A stretch of DNA of 64,000 bases from NCBI GenBank assembly GCA_964507625.1, contig CAZDPR010000001.1, forward strand, positions 81,499-145,498, read 5' to 3'. Origin of the DNA: an uncultured Candidatus Saccharibacteria bacterium (GTDB lineage Bacteria; Patescibacteriota; Minisyncoccia; Phycocordibacterales; UBA1006). Below the pieces are notes generated by a model, which saw only the letters and a list, made by a program, of their open reading frames with translations, did not search any database and had not been told where the DNA came from. Both the position numbers and the translations under genes were made by a program. This document shows, piece by piece, positions 34,062 through 45,133 of the stretch. Numbering within the stretch: position 1 is the stretch's first letter; each line of letters begins with the position of its first letter.

Positions 34062-36887
34062 ATGGATCAATTAACTTCACGAACACCAAACCCGATGCTT
34101 GCTGAACAATTCCGTTCTGCAATTAAAGGAAAAACTGAATCAGGTAATCAATTTGCAAGTCCACAAGAAGAACTTGAATTTTTGCGTGCAGAACTTGCTC
34201 GAAAAGAGGCGCTCATGAAAGAGGGAAATATTGAAATACCACGAGAAGAAATTGTAACCACACTCGTAGAAACTTACAAGGAAGCTCCTGCAGAAAAAAT
34301 ATTAAAACCAGAAATGCATGTTTCTTCAGAAAAACAGGAAAGCATTGCGCTCGCATTAAAACCAGAACAACACGATTCAATTATGGAAGAACTCATGAGT
34401 TCGCTTATGACCAAGGGTATTCGTAATACCCTCGAAACTGTTCGTGCGATGGATAATCCACATATCGATGATGACTTTCACCGTTTTTTAGTACAATATC
34501 TCGCTGCGTATCATGGGATTCCCGGTCTCGCAAAAGATTCTGAAACATATAAAAATTTAGATACGACATTATTTGAAATTATGTTTCCAGAAGCAGAAGA
34601 AGGAAAAAGTTTCAAAGAATTCATTGGATTAATGGAACAGTTTTATGCAGTTATGCAAGTTGTTGGTCCTGGGAAAAATGAACAGAAACAATATTTTTCT
34701 TTAGAAATTGCACAAGGAAATAATAAGAGTGATGTGGTATTTTATGTTTCAGTACCAAACACTATTGCTCCGTTATTTGAAAAACAAGTATTAGGATTAT
34801 TTCATAAAGCTCAAATTAATACAGTTCCTGATGATTATAATATATTTAATCCAGAAGGGTATACTGCAGGATCATATGCTGTTCCTAAAAATTCTGATAT
34901 TTTGACCATTAAAACTCACGAACAGTTTGAACATGATCCATTAGATTTAATATTGGGTATTTTTGAAAAACTTAAAAAAGAAGGTGAGGGAGCTGCGATT
35001 CAGGTGGTTATCAAGCCGACAGGAGATGTGTTTACAAAACAGTTCGGTAAAATACTCGATCGACTTAATAAGGGTGATTCGTTTAAAAAAATTAAAGAAT
35101 CAATGGAATTTAATATTGGAAAAGAATTGCTTTCTGCAGGGAAAATGTTTATTGATCTTTTTGGTGATGCAAAACCAAAAGATAAAAAGGATGATCATTC
35201 AAAAACTGATGATAAAGCGGTGCAGTCAGTAACCAAAAAATTAGAATCAACAATTGTAGAAACTACTATTCGTATTATTACATCAGCAGAAACACAACAG
35301 CGTGCAAATGATATGTTGCGAGATTTTGAATCAGCTTTTTTACAATTTGAAGATATTCAAGCAAATGGGTTTTCTTTTAAAAAGCCTACCGGTTCAGATT
35401 TTAAAAAAATGATTCGAGATTTTAGTTACCGTCGGTTCGATGAAGCGAAGCGATTTCGTTTGAATTTTCGAGAACTTGCAACTGTGTTTCATTTTCCAAC
35501 TCATACTAAAGGTTCGTCACAACTCAAACAGGCTGGCGCTGCAACACACCCAGCTCCTGCGACTATGGGAACAGAAGGAGTTCTGCTCGGAATAAATAAT
35601 CACCGTGGAACTGCAACTCCTATTTATATGAAACCAGTGGATCGATTACGACACTTTTATACCATTGGGCAAACTGGGGTAGGTAAAACGCAAATTTTCT
35701 TAAAAATGATCATTCAAGATATTAAAAACGGTGACGGATGCTGCTTTATTGATCCTCACGGTACTGATATTAATACAATATTAGCGAATATCCCCCCAGA
35801 ACGGATCGACGATGTGATATTTTTTGATCCAGCATATACACCACGACCCATGGCACTGAATATGTTGGAGTTTGATGAGCGATTCCCGCAACAAAAATCA
35901 CTCGTAATTGGAGAATTGATGTCATTGTTTGATAAGTTGTTTGACATGAAAGCACAGGGAGGTGCGATGTTTGGTCAGTATTTTCGGAACTCGGCACTAC
36001 TTAACATGGAAGACCCTGCATCAGGGAATACGGTACTCGAAATTACTCGAGTGCTCGCCAATAAAGAATTCCGGGATATGAAATTGTCAAAAAATAAAAA
36101 TCCTATTATTGCTGAATTTTGGAAATCTGCAGAAGCAACAAGTGGTGACCAAGGGCTCGAAAACTTTGTGCCATATATTTCATCAAAATTCGATGATTTT
36201 ATTTCTAATGAGTTTTTACGACCAATCATTTTGCAGGAAAAATCAGCATTTAATTTCCGAGAGATCATTGATACGAAAAAAATCTTGATCGTAAACCTAT
36301 CAAAAGGGTTATTAGGAGAAAAGAATGCAAACTTGCTCGGTTTAATATTAATCATGAAGTTGCAAATGGCGGCCATGTCGCGTGCAGATTCGCTTGATCT
36401 GGATAAGTTTCCGCCATTTTATGTATATCTTGATGAGTTTCAAAACTTGGTAACAGAATCCATCTCAGCGATTTTGTCAGAAGCACGAAAATATAAGCTG
36501 TCACTGAATATGACACATCAATATATGGAACAGTTACCTGATTTTATTCGATCGGCAGTATTTGGAAACGTAGGAAATATGGCATTTTTCCGTATTAAAT
36601 CAGAAGATGCAGCTGTTGCTGAGCCACGAATTCTCCCGCGATTTACCAAGGATGATATTATCAAACAGGAAAACTTTAATTGTGTTGCTAGTATGTTGAT
36701 AAATGGAAAACCAGAAGCAGCTTTTAATATAAACACTTTTGAACCAGATGGATACATGGGCCCAGGTAGAGGTAATCCAGAACAAATAGAAAAAATTAAA
36801 CAATTATCCTATATGAAATATGGACGCGATCGTGCAGAAATAGAAGCAGAAATTAATGAAAAGTTTAGAATGATTGCAGGAGGGTAA
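34062..36887 (+). CDS. Large P-loop ATPase of the FtsK/TraD/VirD4-like (DUF87/HerA-type) class. Start at MDQLTSR
   Basis: Walker A GQTGVGKT, Walker B VYLDEFQNL. Large N-terminal non-ATPase region. Confidence 0.55.
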   Translation: MDQLTSRTPNPMLAEQFRSAIKGKTESGNQFASPQEELEFLRAELARKEALMKEGNIEIPREEIVTTLVETYKEAPAEKILKPEMHVSSEKQESIALALKPEQHDSIMEELMSSLMTKGIRNTLETVRAMDNPHIDDDFHRFLVQYLAAYHGIPGLAKDSETYKNLDTTLFEIMFPEAEEGKSFKEFIGLMEQFYAVMQVVGPGKNEQKQYFSLEIAQGNNKSDVVFYVSVPNTIAPLFEKQVLGLFHKAQINTVPDDYNIFNPEGYTAGSYAVPKNSDILTIKTHEQFEHDPLDLILGIFEKLKKEGEGAAIQVVIKPTGDVFTKQFGKILDRLNKGDSFKKIKESMEFNIGKELLSAGKMFIDLFGDAKPKDKKDDHSKTDDKAVQSVTKKLESTIVETTIRIITSAETQQRANDMLRDFESAFLQFEDIQANGFSFKKPTGSDFKKMIRDFSYRRFDEAKRFRLNFRELATVFHFPTHTKGSSQLKQAGAATHPAPATMGTEGVLLGINNHRGTATPIYMKPVDRLRHFYTIGQTGVGKTQIFLKMIIQDIKNGDGCCFIDPHGTDINTILANIPPERIDDVIFFDPAYTPRPMALNMLEFDERFPQQKSLVIGELMSLFDKLFDMKAQGGAMFGQYFRNSALLNMEDPASGNTVLEITRVLANKEFRDMKLSKNKNPIIAEFWKSAEATSGDQGLENFVPYISSKFDDFISNEFLRPIILQEKSAFNFREIIDTKKILIVNLSKGLLGEKNANLLGLILIMKLQMAAMSRADSLDLDKFPPFYVYLDEFQNLVTESISAILSEARKYKLSLNMTHQYMEQLPDFIRSAVFGNVGNMAFFRIKSEDAAVAEPRILPRFTKDDIIKQENFNCVASMLINGKPEAAFNINTFEPDGYMGPGRGNPEQIEKIKQLSYMKYGRDRAEIEAEINEKFRMIAGG

Positions 36888-36914
36888 AAATACACCAATC
36901 GGTGTGTTTTTTGT
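36886..36914 (+). terminator. Intrinsic terminator AAAAATACACCAATCGGTGTGTTTTTTG
   Basis: Hairpin plus T-run. Confidence 0.55.
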
Positions 36915-36949
36915 TGACTTTTCATGTTCAGGTGTTATTCTCTCAAGGT

Positions 36950-37417
36950 ATGCAAATAGAACGATCTTTGATCATTATTAAACCAGACGCGATTCAGCGA
37001 AATTTGGTAGGTGAAATTATTGGACGGTTTGAACGGAAGGGGTTAAAAATTATCGGAATGAAAATGATGCATTTGACTGATGTGTTGCTCGAGGAGCACT
37101 ATGCTCACGTTGCAGATAAACCATTTTTTCCAAGAATTCGGAAATTCATGAAAAGCGCTCCCGTAATCGTTATTGCGCTATCTGGTGTGGGAATTGTTTC
37201 TGCGATTCGTACTATTGTTGGTCCAACAAAATCATTTGAAGCAGATGCTGGAACAATTCGTGGAGACCTTGCAATGAGTATGCAGTCTAATGTGGTTCAT
37301 GCATCAGATTCAGTAGAAAATGGTGAAACTGAAATTAAGCGGTTTTTTGCAGAAGAAGAATTGTTAGATTACGAAAAACTCGGAGAACAGGTAGTGTATT
37401 CAGACTTATTTGAATAA
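36950..37417 (+). CDS. ndk: Nucleoside diphosphate kinase (start at MQIERSL)
   Basis: IIKPDA and NVVHASDS active-site motifs. Confidence 0.85.
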   Translation: MQIERSLIIIKPDAIQRNLVGEIIGRFERKGLKIIGMKMMHLTDVLLEEHYAHVADKPFFPRIRKFMKSAPVIVIALSGVGIVSAIRTIVGPTKSFEADAGTIRGDLAMSMQSNVVHASDSVENGETEIKRFFAEEELLDYEKLGEQVVYSDLFE

Positions 37418-37630
37418 TTTTTTAAAACTTGCTATACTTTGAGTACTGGACTCAGAAAAAAGATTTTTAAACATTTTTTTTCTAGGGAATCCGTGTAATG
37501 GTGCCTCGTGGGGTACTATTCAGGACAACCATTATTTTATATAAAGGTTGTAAATCTCTTTTTACTCTGGTTCAGTATCAAAAAACTCGACTTTGTCGAG
37601 TTTTTTGATACTTTATGATACCCTATTAAT

Positions 37631-38032
37631 ATGAAAATTATCCGTATTGATACATTTTTCTTTCAGTTATCACTATTATTGGGGATTATTTTTCTTTTGG
37701 GACATGTTTTTGCGGTTATGTTCGACTGGTATTATATTTTTCCCTGGTTTGATGCTCCGATTCATATATTGGGAGGAATGTTTTTAATAAGTAGTTTTTA
37801 CATGATTACCCCAGAAATGAATCTTCAAAAGAAGTTGATAGTCACCTTGTTTATTTTAGGTATTGTTGGGATTAGTGTTGAGGTGGGCGAATGGATAATT
37901 GATACCTATATTCGATCTCAATCATATTTAGTATTGCAACAGAATAATTGGGATACTATCACTGATATTATGCATAATTATATTGGGGGTATAACTATAT
38001 TTATTTTTGGATATTCTACTCATAAACTATAA
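37631..38032 (+). CDS. Hypothetical polytopic membrane protein
   Basis: ORF track. Hydrophobic segments. Confidence 0.35.
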   Translation: MKIIRIDTFFFQLSLLLGIIFLLGHVFAVMFDWYYIFPWFDAPIHILGGMFLISSFYMITPEMNLQKKLIVTLFILGIVGISVEVGEWIIDTYIRSQSYLVLQQNNWDTITDIMHNYIGGITIFIFGYSTHKL

Positions 38033-38089
38033 AAATCAACATTAATGGTTTTTTGGTTTATCTTACAAATTAAGGTATACTCAGTATAT

Positions 38090-39469
38090 ATGGAACAAAG
38101 AAAATTATTTGGGAAAATTACTTTTTATGGGGCAGCAGGCGAAGTAACAGGAGCAAACTTTTTACTTGAAATTAATGGGCGGAGAATATTAGTAGATTGT
38201 GGATTAGAACAAGGGATACAGGCTGATGAAAATCCAGAACGGAATTTTGGTGATTTTTATTATGATCCATCATCTATTGATGTCCTTATTGTAACTCATG
38301 CGCATACTGATCATATCGGAAGAATTCCCAAACTTGTTCGTGATGGGTTTAGCGGAATAATTTATTCAACTCCTCCTACTAAAGAAATTTCGGCACTTAT
38401 GTTTGATGACGCACTTGGTTTAATGGTTGCAGAAGCAGAAAAAAAACAAATTCCACCAATGTATAATGAACATGATATTCAGAAAACATTAGCGTTATGG
38501 AAAGTTATTTCATATCATAACCCGCTCGATTTAGGAAATGATATTATGGTTTCATTTTATGATGCTGGTCATGTATTAGGTTCTGCAATGGCTGAATTTT
38601 TTTATGCAGGAAAAAGTTTGTTGTGTACCGGAGATTTAGGAAATACTCCTACAACGCTTCTCAAAGATACAGAAGTGTTTATGACGCCAAATTTCCTTCT
38701 CATGGAATCAGTATACGGTGATCGAAACCATCCCAAAACAAATCGCCGGGAACATCTAGAACGGGTAATTGAAGATGTTGTACAAAAGGGTGGAGCACTC
38801 ATTATTCCTTCATTTTCATTAGAACGAACTCAGGAAGTATTATACGAATTAAATAGTCTCATCGAAGATGGACATGTTCCTAAAATTCCTGTTTATCTGG
38901 ATTCTCCACTTGCAATTAAAATAACTGATATATATCGAAAATCAAAAGAATATTTCAATTCCCAAGCTAAAAAAGAAATAGTGGAAGGTGATGATATTTT
39001 TCAATTTTCAGGATTGACTATTACCGAATCGACAGAAGAATCAAAAGCAATTTTTCAAAAACCAGATCCTAAAATTATTATTGCCGGTTCAGGAATGATG
39101 AATGGTGGACGGGTAGTGCACCATGCGCGACACTATTTACCAGACCCTAAAAACACTTTACTTTTGGTAGGATATCAGGCAGCAGGAACATTAGGGAGGA
39201 TTATTCAGGATGGAATTAATCCTGTAAAAATTTTTGGAGACGACGTTGTTGTTCGTGCTGATATTGATCAAATTACTGGATTTTCAGGTCACAAGGATTC
39301 CGATGAGTTGGTAAAATTTGTGGGATCGATTCAAAAAAATATTGAACAAGTGTTCGTAGTAATGGGTGATACTGAATCTTCTGAGTTTCTCGCAAAACGA
39401 TTGCGTGATAATTTTGCATTGCAAGCCATAACACCAAGTCAGGGACAAACAGTAGAATTATATATGTAA
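38090..39469 (+). CDS. Beta-CASP family MBL-fold RNA-metabolising hydrolase (RNase J / CPSF-like)
   Basis: HAHTDH motif and beta-CASP motif FSGHKD. Confidence 0.7.
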   Translation: MEQRKLFGKITFYGAAGEVTGANFLLEINGRRILVDCGLEQGIQADENPERNFGDFYYDPSSIDVLIVTHAHTDHIGRIPKLVRDGFSGIIYSTPPTKEISALMFDDALGLMVAEAEKKQIPPMYNEHDIQKTLALWKVISYHNPLDLGNDIMVSFYDAGHVLGSAMAEFFYAGKSLLCTGDLGNTPTTLLKDTEVFMTPNFLLMESVYGDRNHPKTNRREHLERVIEDVVQKGGALIIPSFSLERTQEVLYELNSLIEDGHVPKIPVYLDSPLAIKITDIYRKSKEYFNSQAKKEIVEGDDIFQFSGLTITESTEESKAIFQKPDPKIIIAGSGMMNGGRVVHHARHYLPDPKNTLLLVGYQAAGTLGRIIQDGINPVKIFGDDVVVRADIDQITGFSGHKDSDELVKFVGSIQKNIEQVFVVMGDTESSEFLAKRLRDNFALQAITPSQGQTVELYM

Positions 39470-39564
39470 GATAAAAACAACAGCACACACTGTTGTTTTT
39501 ATCTACAGTTTTGTACTAAAAAATTTCTTACTTTATTGTTTTGTTGGTATACTGGTAAGTAATT

Positions 39565-40122
39565 ATGAGCAATATTATTATTTCTGTTTCTGGTGCGCGT
39601 GAATCTGATGCGTGTGGACTAGAAGCGTTACAGCAAGGACAAAAAATTGGTGAAGTATTAGCATTTCACCACTGTACGGTTACCTGTGGTGCGGTAACTG
39701 GTTTTCCGCTGTGGGTTGCAAAAGGTGCAAAACGTAAAGAGGGTGTTGTGATTGCATTTTCTCCTGCGGCAAACTACGACGAACATCGAACGGTATACCA
39801 ATTACCAGAACCAGGAATCTATTTTAATTTAGTCGTATACACTGGGTTTGGCTTCGCAGGATCGGATTTACTGATGACTCGTTCTTCAGATGCGGTAATT
39901 TTTGGATGCGGAAGAACAGGAACAGTGCATGAGTTTACTCTTGCAGTAACAGAAGGTAAAATCATTGGGGTTCTTGAAGGAGATTGGAGCACAGATGATC
40001 TTATCAAAGATATTTTAAAAGCAGATATTACGAGAACGCACGATACGATTATTTTTGATACTGATCCACAAAGATTAGTTGATCGAGTAGTAAAAAAGGT
40101 AAAAGAATTAAAAAAAATATAG
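39565..40122 (+). CDS. LOG/TIGR00725-like Rossmann-fold protein
   Basis: GCGRTGTVHE resembles the LOG PGGxGTxxE motif. Confidence 0.4.
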   Translation: MSNIIISVSGARESDACGLEALQQGQKIGEVLAFHHCTVTCGAVTGFPLWVAKGAKRKEGVVIAFSPAANYDEHRTVYQLPEPGIYFNLVVYTGFGFAGSDLLMTRSSDAVIFGCGRTGTVHEFTLAVTEGKIIGVLEGDWSTDDLIKDILKADITRTHDTIIFDTDPQRLVDRVVKKVKELKKI

Positions 40123-40134
40123 AATAATTTTTAT

Positions 40135-41811
40135 TTGTTTGATATACTTAATATAACTATGAAAAATAATAATAACAATGTAATACTCGATGAACCAATT
40201 TCTATTGATGACTATAAACCTGAAATTAGTATACCTCATCATGGTTCACTCGAAGAACGTTTCGCAATGATGTCAGAAGAGCTTGAACAGAAAAGAAAAG
40301 AAGAACTCCACAGGAGAGAGCAGGAACGATTACGGCCATTTCGTGAAAAAATTGCACAATTAGAATCTCTCAAAAAAGATTTACAAAATATTCACGATAC
40401 AATTCTTCCTCCGAAAGGAAAAAGTAAACAGGAAATTTTAGATGATGCACTGTTTCGCAAACAACAACAAGAAGATCTTTTGGAAATATTAATTACTGAT
40501 AATTATGAAGTTCTTGCACTATCAGGCATTCGATCAATCCAAGATATTATTAACCATTCTGATTTTGCAACAACTCCAGAAGTGGTAACCTATCATGCTA
40601 TTCATGCAGAATTAGATCATATTTATCATGAACAAAAAAATCTTATTGAGAATTTAAAAAAATACAATATCATACTCGCCGACAAAGATTTTACTTATTC
40701 GGCAGTACTTGATGCTGTAGGAACTACCCTTAATACAGTCCACAGAGAGTTGATCACTGAAAAACAAAATACCCCAGAAGGAAGGCAGGAAGTTTCGAGA
40801 AATATTCAAAAACTATTTATTTCTGAACTTCCAGTAATAAAGGCAGAAATCTATTTTTCATCATTACCAAATGAAAAAAGAGTGTCATTTGAAATTCATG
40901 CCTATAATGGAGAATCTCGGGATATTGTTATCAGAAATGATATGTCTATTGCGTTTGATGATCCGACCCATATTTCTTTAATTCCTGTATCGTACACGGA
41001 AATAGAAAAAAATTTTTCAAGGGAAATTGCAGAACAGGCATTGTCAGATAGTTTTCAAGAATTGCTCAAACAATCGTTAATGGAAAATTACGATCTTGAC
41101 CATGAGTTACGATCAGAAATTATTGAAAAAGTTCTTATTATTTTAAATCAAACAGTAAAACTCCAAAGATCTCATGAAAAACTAAAAGAAGTTTCTCCTG
41201 ATGGAAATATTGATTTTTACATTCATCACAAAAATGAATCAAATCGGATAAATCAAGAGGTAAAAGATGTTTATGATCAATTAGAACATATACAAAACGA
41301 GGTTGAACCCAATGAAGTTGTATTTCTTGTAAAAACAGCATTTCGTTTTCCTGGAAAAACTGAATTATATAAACAAATTGTTGTTCAAACTGAATTAGTA
41401 GAAAAATCACTTGCAGAAATTGTAAAAACATTAGTTCGCATAGAACAAAACGAGCCATTTTTTGGAAAACAGATTTGGGAAAATAATATTGCAACCCTGA
41501 AGGCAAAAAAAGTAAGTCTTGAAAAAGAAATTCGAGATTTACAGGAAAAGCAACAACAAACATATGCAGGAAGTGAAGAATATTTACAGTTTAAAAATCA
41601 TTATTCGGAACTGAAAACATTTTTAGATCAGGATATGTTTGCTCAACCTCAAGAAGGAACAATAAGTGATTTGAAAAAAATTGTTCATGAACGCATAGAA
41701 CAATTTTTGGAACAATATGAATCTGAATTAGTTATTATGCAAGCTATTGAACCTTGGTATCAGGTATATAATACAGAAAAAAATAATTTACACCAATTAT
41801 TAGTAAAATAA
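40135..41811 (+). CDS. Hypothetical coiled-coil protein
   Basis: ORF track. E/K/Q-rich. Confidence 0.4.
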   Translation: MFDILNITMKNNNNNVILDEPISIDDYKPEISIPHHGSLEERFAMMSEELEQKRKEELHRREQERLRPFREKIAQLESLKKDLQNIHDTILPPKGKSKQEILDDALFRKQQQEDLLEILITDNYEVLALSGIRSIQDIINHSDFATTPEVVTYHAIHAELDHIYHEQKNLIENLKKYNIILADKDFTYSAVLDAVGTTLNTVHRELITEKQNTPEGRQEVSRNIQKLFISELPVIKAEIYFSSLPNEKRVSFEIHAYNGESRDIVIRNDMSIAFDDPTHISLIPVSYTEIEKNFSREIAEQALSDSFQELLKQSLMENYDLDHELRSEIIEKVLIILNQTVKLQRSHEKLKEVSPDGNIDFYIHHKNESNRINQEVKDVYDQLEHIQNEVEPNEVVFLVKTAFRFPGKTELYKQIVVQTELVEKSLAEIVKTLVRIEQNEPFFGKQIWENNIATLKAKKVSLEKEIRDLQEKQQQTYAGSEEYLQFKNHYSELKTFLDQDMFAQPQEGTISDLKKIVHERIEQFLEQYESELVIMQAIEPWYQVYNTEKNNLHQLLVK

Positions 41812-41836
41812 AAACCGCAGAAGCGGTTTTTATTTT
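41808..41836. terminator. Bidirectional terminator AAAAACCGCAGAAGCGGTTTTTATTTT
   Basis: Hairpin plus A/T runs. Confidence 0.6.
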
Positions 41837-42174
41837 ACTTGATTTACAATATCTTCAAATATTTTTGGTGATTGTTGTGCAATAGACGAAAGTACTTTTC
41901 GGTCAAGAGAAATATTTTTCACCTTGAGCATGTTGATGAATTTACTGTACGAAATTCCAAGTGGGCGAAGCGCTGCGTTCATACGAATAGTCCATAATCG
42001 TCGCATATCTGCTTTTTTATCTTTTCGATGAGCAAATGCATGTGCTCCTGCTTTTCGGAGTGCTACTTTTGCGCTAATTTCTTTACTCTTGCGACCATGG
42101 CGAAATCCTTTAGTTGCAGATAATACATTTTTTCGTCTTTTGAGAGAAGTGGTTCCTCGTTTAACTCGTGTCAT
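41830..42174 (-). CDS. rplT: 50S ribosomal protein L20 (start at MTRVKRG)
   Basis: Characteristic basic N-terminus (TRVKRG). Confidence 0.9.
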   Translation of the reverse strand: MTRVKRGTTSLKRRKNVLSATKGFRHGRKSKEISAKVALRKAGAHAFAHRKDKKADMRRLWTIRMNAALRPLGISYSKFINMLKVKNISLDRKVLSSIAQQSPKIFEDIVNQVK

Positions 42175-42253
42175 AGTATGATAGGTGATAGGGGGCAGCA
42201 AGTGAATGCTTTAAGGGGCCTCATATCATTAAAATTATAATGATTAATAAAAA

Positions 42254-42451
42254 TTATTTTGTTAACCCAGGCATAAATCGTCCTTTTGCTTTGTTATTCA
42301 TTGAAAAATTTGTTTCAACTTTTCCATTAAGCTGCTTTGAGCGACTTTGTTTTGCGTTAAAGTGGTTAAATCCTGGTTTTCGTGCTTTCAATTTTCCAGT
42401 AGAAGTAACTGAAAGTCGTTTGGTATAGGATTTGTTTGTTTTTTGACTCAT
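42254..42451 (-). CDS. rpmI: 50S ribosomal protein L35
   Basis: Size, composition and position in the infC-rpmI-rplT cluster. Confidence 0.85.
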   Translation of the reverse strand: MSQKTNKSYTKRLSVTSTGKLKARKPGFNHFNAKQSRSKQLNGKVETNFSMNNKAKGRFMPGLTK

Positions 42452-42459
42452 ACGATTAA

Positions 42460-42990
42460 TTATTTTTTAGATGAAGCACGTTCCAAGGTAACGACGATAC
42501 CTTTTGGACTTTCTTTGAAACCGTCGATTATTTTATAATCTCCAGTTACTTGATCAATAATTCTTTGGAGTCGATCTTGAAGGAATTGTTTATCCATCCC
42601 TTTTACACGACCACGTAAGAAAAGTTCAAGTTTTACTCGGTGACCATCAGCAAGCCATTCAGAAGCACGTTTTGCTTTGATAGCAATATCGTGATCTCCG
42701 GTACCTACCTTAATTTGAATGTTTTTTACTTCACTTGAGGCGGTATTTTGCTTGTTTTTGATTTCCTTCTGCTTTTTCTTTTGTGCATATTGGAATTTAC
42801 CATAATCTGTAATTTTTGCAACAGGTGGTTTTGCGTCAGGTGATATTTCCACTAAATCCATTCCAAGTTCATATGCTTTCAAAATAGCGTCTTTTGTTTT
42901 CATAACTCCCAAGTTTCCAAGTTCATCAGAAAGAACGCGGACCTCAGGAGATCGAATAGCATCGTTAATTTTTAAGGTTTCAAGTTTCAT
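42460..42990 (-). CDS. infC: Translation initiation factor IF-3 (the true start may be a non-ATG codon upstream)
   Basis: IF3 N- and C-domain signatures. Conserved operon order. Confidence 0.85.
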   Translation of the reverse strand: MKLETLKINDAIRSPEVRVLSDELGNLGVMKTKDAILKAYELGMDLVEISPDAKPPVAKITDYGKFQYAQKKKQKEIKNKQNTASSEVKNIQIKVGTGDHDIAIKAKRASEWLADGHRVKLELFLRGRVKGMDKQFLQDRLQRIIDQVTGDYKIIDGFKESPKGIVVTLERASSKK

Positions 42991-43100
42991 TCAAAATAAA
43001 GAGATTACGTGACTGATAATAGTTTTCAATATAACCTATTTTTCAAGAAAAATCAAGTAATTAACTTTCTTTTGCTTGTGAAATATGATTATATGAGAAC

Positions 43101-43916
43101 ATGGTTATTTTGGCATATAAAAAAAGAGGGGAAACCATGGGTCAGTGTATGCATAGGATAAAAAAAGATGCCTGTGTTTTAGATGATATTCCTATGACCT
43201 ACGCAGGAAGACTTGATCCAATGGCTGACGGGTTGGTTATTTTCCTTGGGAATGAAATGCGTTTTTATAAAGAAAAATTTTTAGGATTACAGAAAACATA
43301 TCAGGCAACTTTTTTCTTGGGTTGGGATACAGATACTTATGATATTTTAGGGATTGCACAAAAAAAATCTCATACTATTGATGTTTCTGATGAACAAGTG
43401 AAAAATACTATAACAACGCTTTATTCGACAGATGTTCCTGTTACCCAAACATTCCCACCTTTTTCGAGTAGAAAAGTATCAGGTAAACCACTTTTTGTTT
43501 TTGCAAAACAAAATATGTATATCCCTCCTGTTTCGCATGAAGTAGTGCTCGAAAAAATATCTCATATTACTTATGAAAAAATAGATCAAAAATTACTCTA
43601 TAAAAAAATTATTCATGACATTGATTTAGTTTCAGGGGATTTTCGTCAAAAGCTTTGCAAGGATTCTTGGAATTCGTTAGTAAATGAATTTCCAAGATTA
43701 ATACCTCTCTACTCTGTAGAATTAACTGTTTCCAGCGGTTTTTATGTTCGATCTTGGGTTCATGCAATTGGTCAAAAATTACACACAGGAGCCGTGACTT
43801 TTTCTATTACTCGTTCTATAATAGGTGTATTCACGTTGTCGATGTTGAATAATCAGTCATATCAATTATTTAAAAGCACTGATCCTTTTATTGGTGATAT
43901 TATTTCCAAAACATAA
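43101..43916 (+). CDS. truB: tRNA pseudouridine synthase, TruB-like
   Basis: AGRLDPMADGLV matches the catalytic GTLDPxAxGxL motif. Confidence 0.55.
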   Translation: MVILAYKKRGETMGQCMHRIKKDACVLDDIPMTYAGRLDPMADGLVIFLGNEMRFYKEKFLGLQKTYQATFFLGWDTDTYDILGIAQKKSHTIDVSDEQVKNTITTLYSTDVPVTQTFPPFSSRKVSGKPLFVFAKQNMYIPPVSHEVVLEKISHITYEKIDQKLLYKKIIHDIDLVSGDFRQKLCKDSWNSLVNEFPRLIPLYSVELTVSSGFYVRSWVHAIGQKLHTGAVTFSITRSIIGVFTLSMLNNQSYQLFKSTDPFIGDIISKT

Positions 43917-43920
43917 TTTT

Positions 43921-45030
43921 ATGAATATAAAACGTTTCCTTTCTATTTTCTCTTTAATTTCTCTTGTTTGTATTGGTGGATGGTTTGCTTTTGCGCAATC
44001 TCAACAAAGTTGTAGGGTTTATACATTAAATACCTGGAAAGGGTGTGCTCCTATTGTTGAAACAGCTGGGGTAATTAGCACTGATAAATATTCAGCAGTA
44101 GTTCAAGCATTTTTTAGTTCAAATGATGCAACTTTTACTATTTATGATTATCCAGAATTAGGTATTGAATTTAGTTCTGTTAAAGATGGTGACTTTAAAT
44201 ATGCTACAAAACTTGAAAAACAACAACCTGGTGTACGAAATCAATCCTTTCTTTTAAATGGACTAACTGAAGGAGAGGTTTATATATATCGAGCAGTACT
44301 TTATTGGACTGGTGGTGTTGAATATGGTACTACAAAAGAATTTGTTGTCGGTCAGAAAAAAATGGGTTCAGGTGGTTCAGTTACAGAAACTGTTACAGAT
44401 AGACCTATAACATCTTCTTCAAACTCAAACATCTCTCCTGATTCAGGGGTAAACCTTTCACCCTTCGGGAATCTTTTTGGAAACAAATCTACTCAACAAA
44501 CAAAAAAAACTATTTATCATCAAACAGATGAAAAATCAGGATTTACATTAGCTATTGATAACGGAGAATCATTGATTCGTCAGGGTGATACTGTAACTAC
44601 AAAAGTGCGTTATGAAAACAATAATACTCGTTCCTATAACAATGCAACGGTTGAAATATTTTTTCCAAAAGAATATTCTGTTGATTCAACAAACAAAGGA
44701 ATTGTTGACCGGGTGAGTAATAAAGTTATTGTAAGTATTGATCAATTTCCAGCGGGGGGATATGGGACAATTATTGCGACTGCCAGAGCTACAGGAAAAG
44801 TTGGAAACATTGATCAGGTATTAACTCAATCAACATTGACTGTGGGGAGTGTAAAACTTGCAGTAACTGATGCCGATGAATATGGGGAAGGTTCAGTGCG
44901 TAAAACTCAAAATTCTGTTTCAGGGATTGGATTTTTACCAGGAACATTAATTGGATGGATTGTTCTTCTTATCGTTCTTGCGCTCATTGTGGTTATCGGA
45001 CGACGGTATTTTATTAAAAAAGATTATTAA
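43921..45030 (+). CDS. Hypothetical secreted protein with a C-terminal TM anchor
   Basis: Signal peptide and terminal hydrophobic segment plus RRYFIKKDY. Confidence 0.45.
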   Translation: MNIKRFLSIFSLISLVCIGGWFAFAQSQQSCRVYTLNTWKGCAPIVETAGVISTDKYSAVVQAFFSSNDATFTIYDYPELGIEFSSVKDGDFKYATKLEKQQPGVRNQSFLLNGLTEGEVYIYRAVLYWTGGVEYGTTKEFVVGQKKMGSGGSVTETVTDRPITSSSNSNISPDSGVNLSPFGNLFGNKSTQQTKKTIYHQTDEKSGFTLAIDNGESLIRQGDTVTTKVRYENNNTRSYNNATVEIFFPKEYSVDSTNKGIVDRVSNKVIVSIDQFPAGGYGTIIATARATGKVGNIDQVLTQSTLTVGSVKLAVTDADEYGEGSVRKTQNSVSGIGFLPGTLIGWIVLLIVLALIVVIGRRYFIKKDY

Positions 45031-45133
45031 TAATATAAAAACAGTAATGTGTACACTTGCTGTTTTTTGTTTTTTTTGTTAGGATGTTCCTGTAGAAAAC
45101 AATATTGATTCTCCTGATGATATATTGTTTCTT

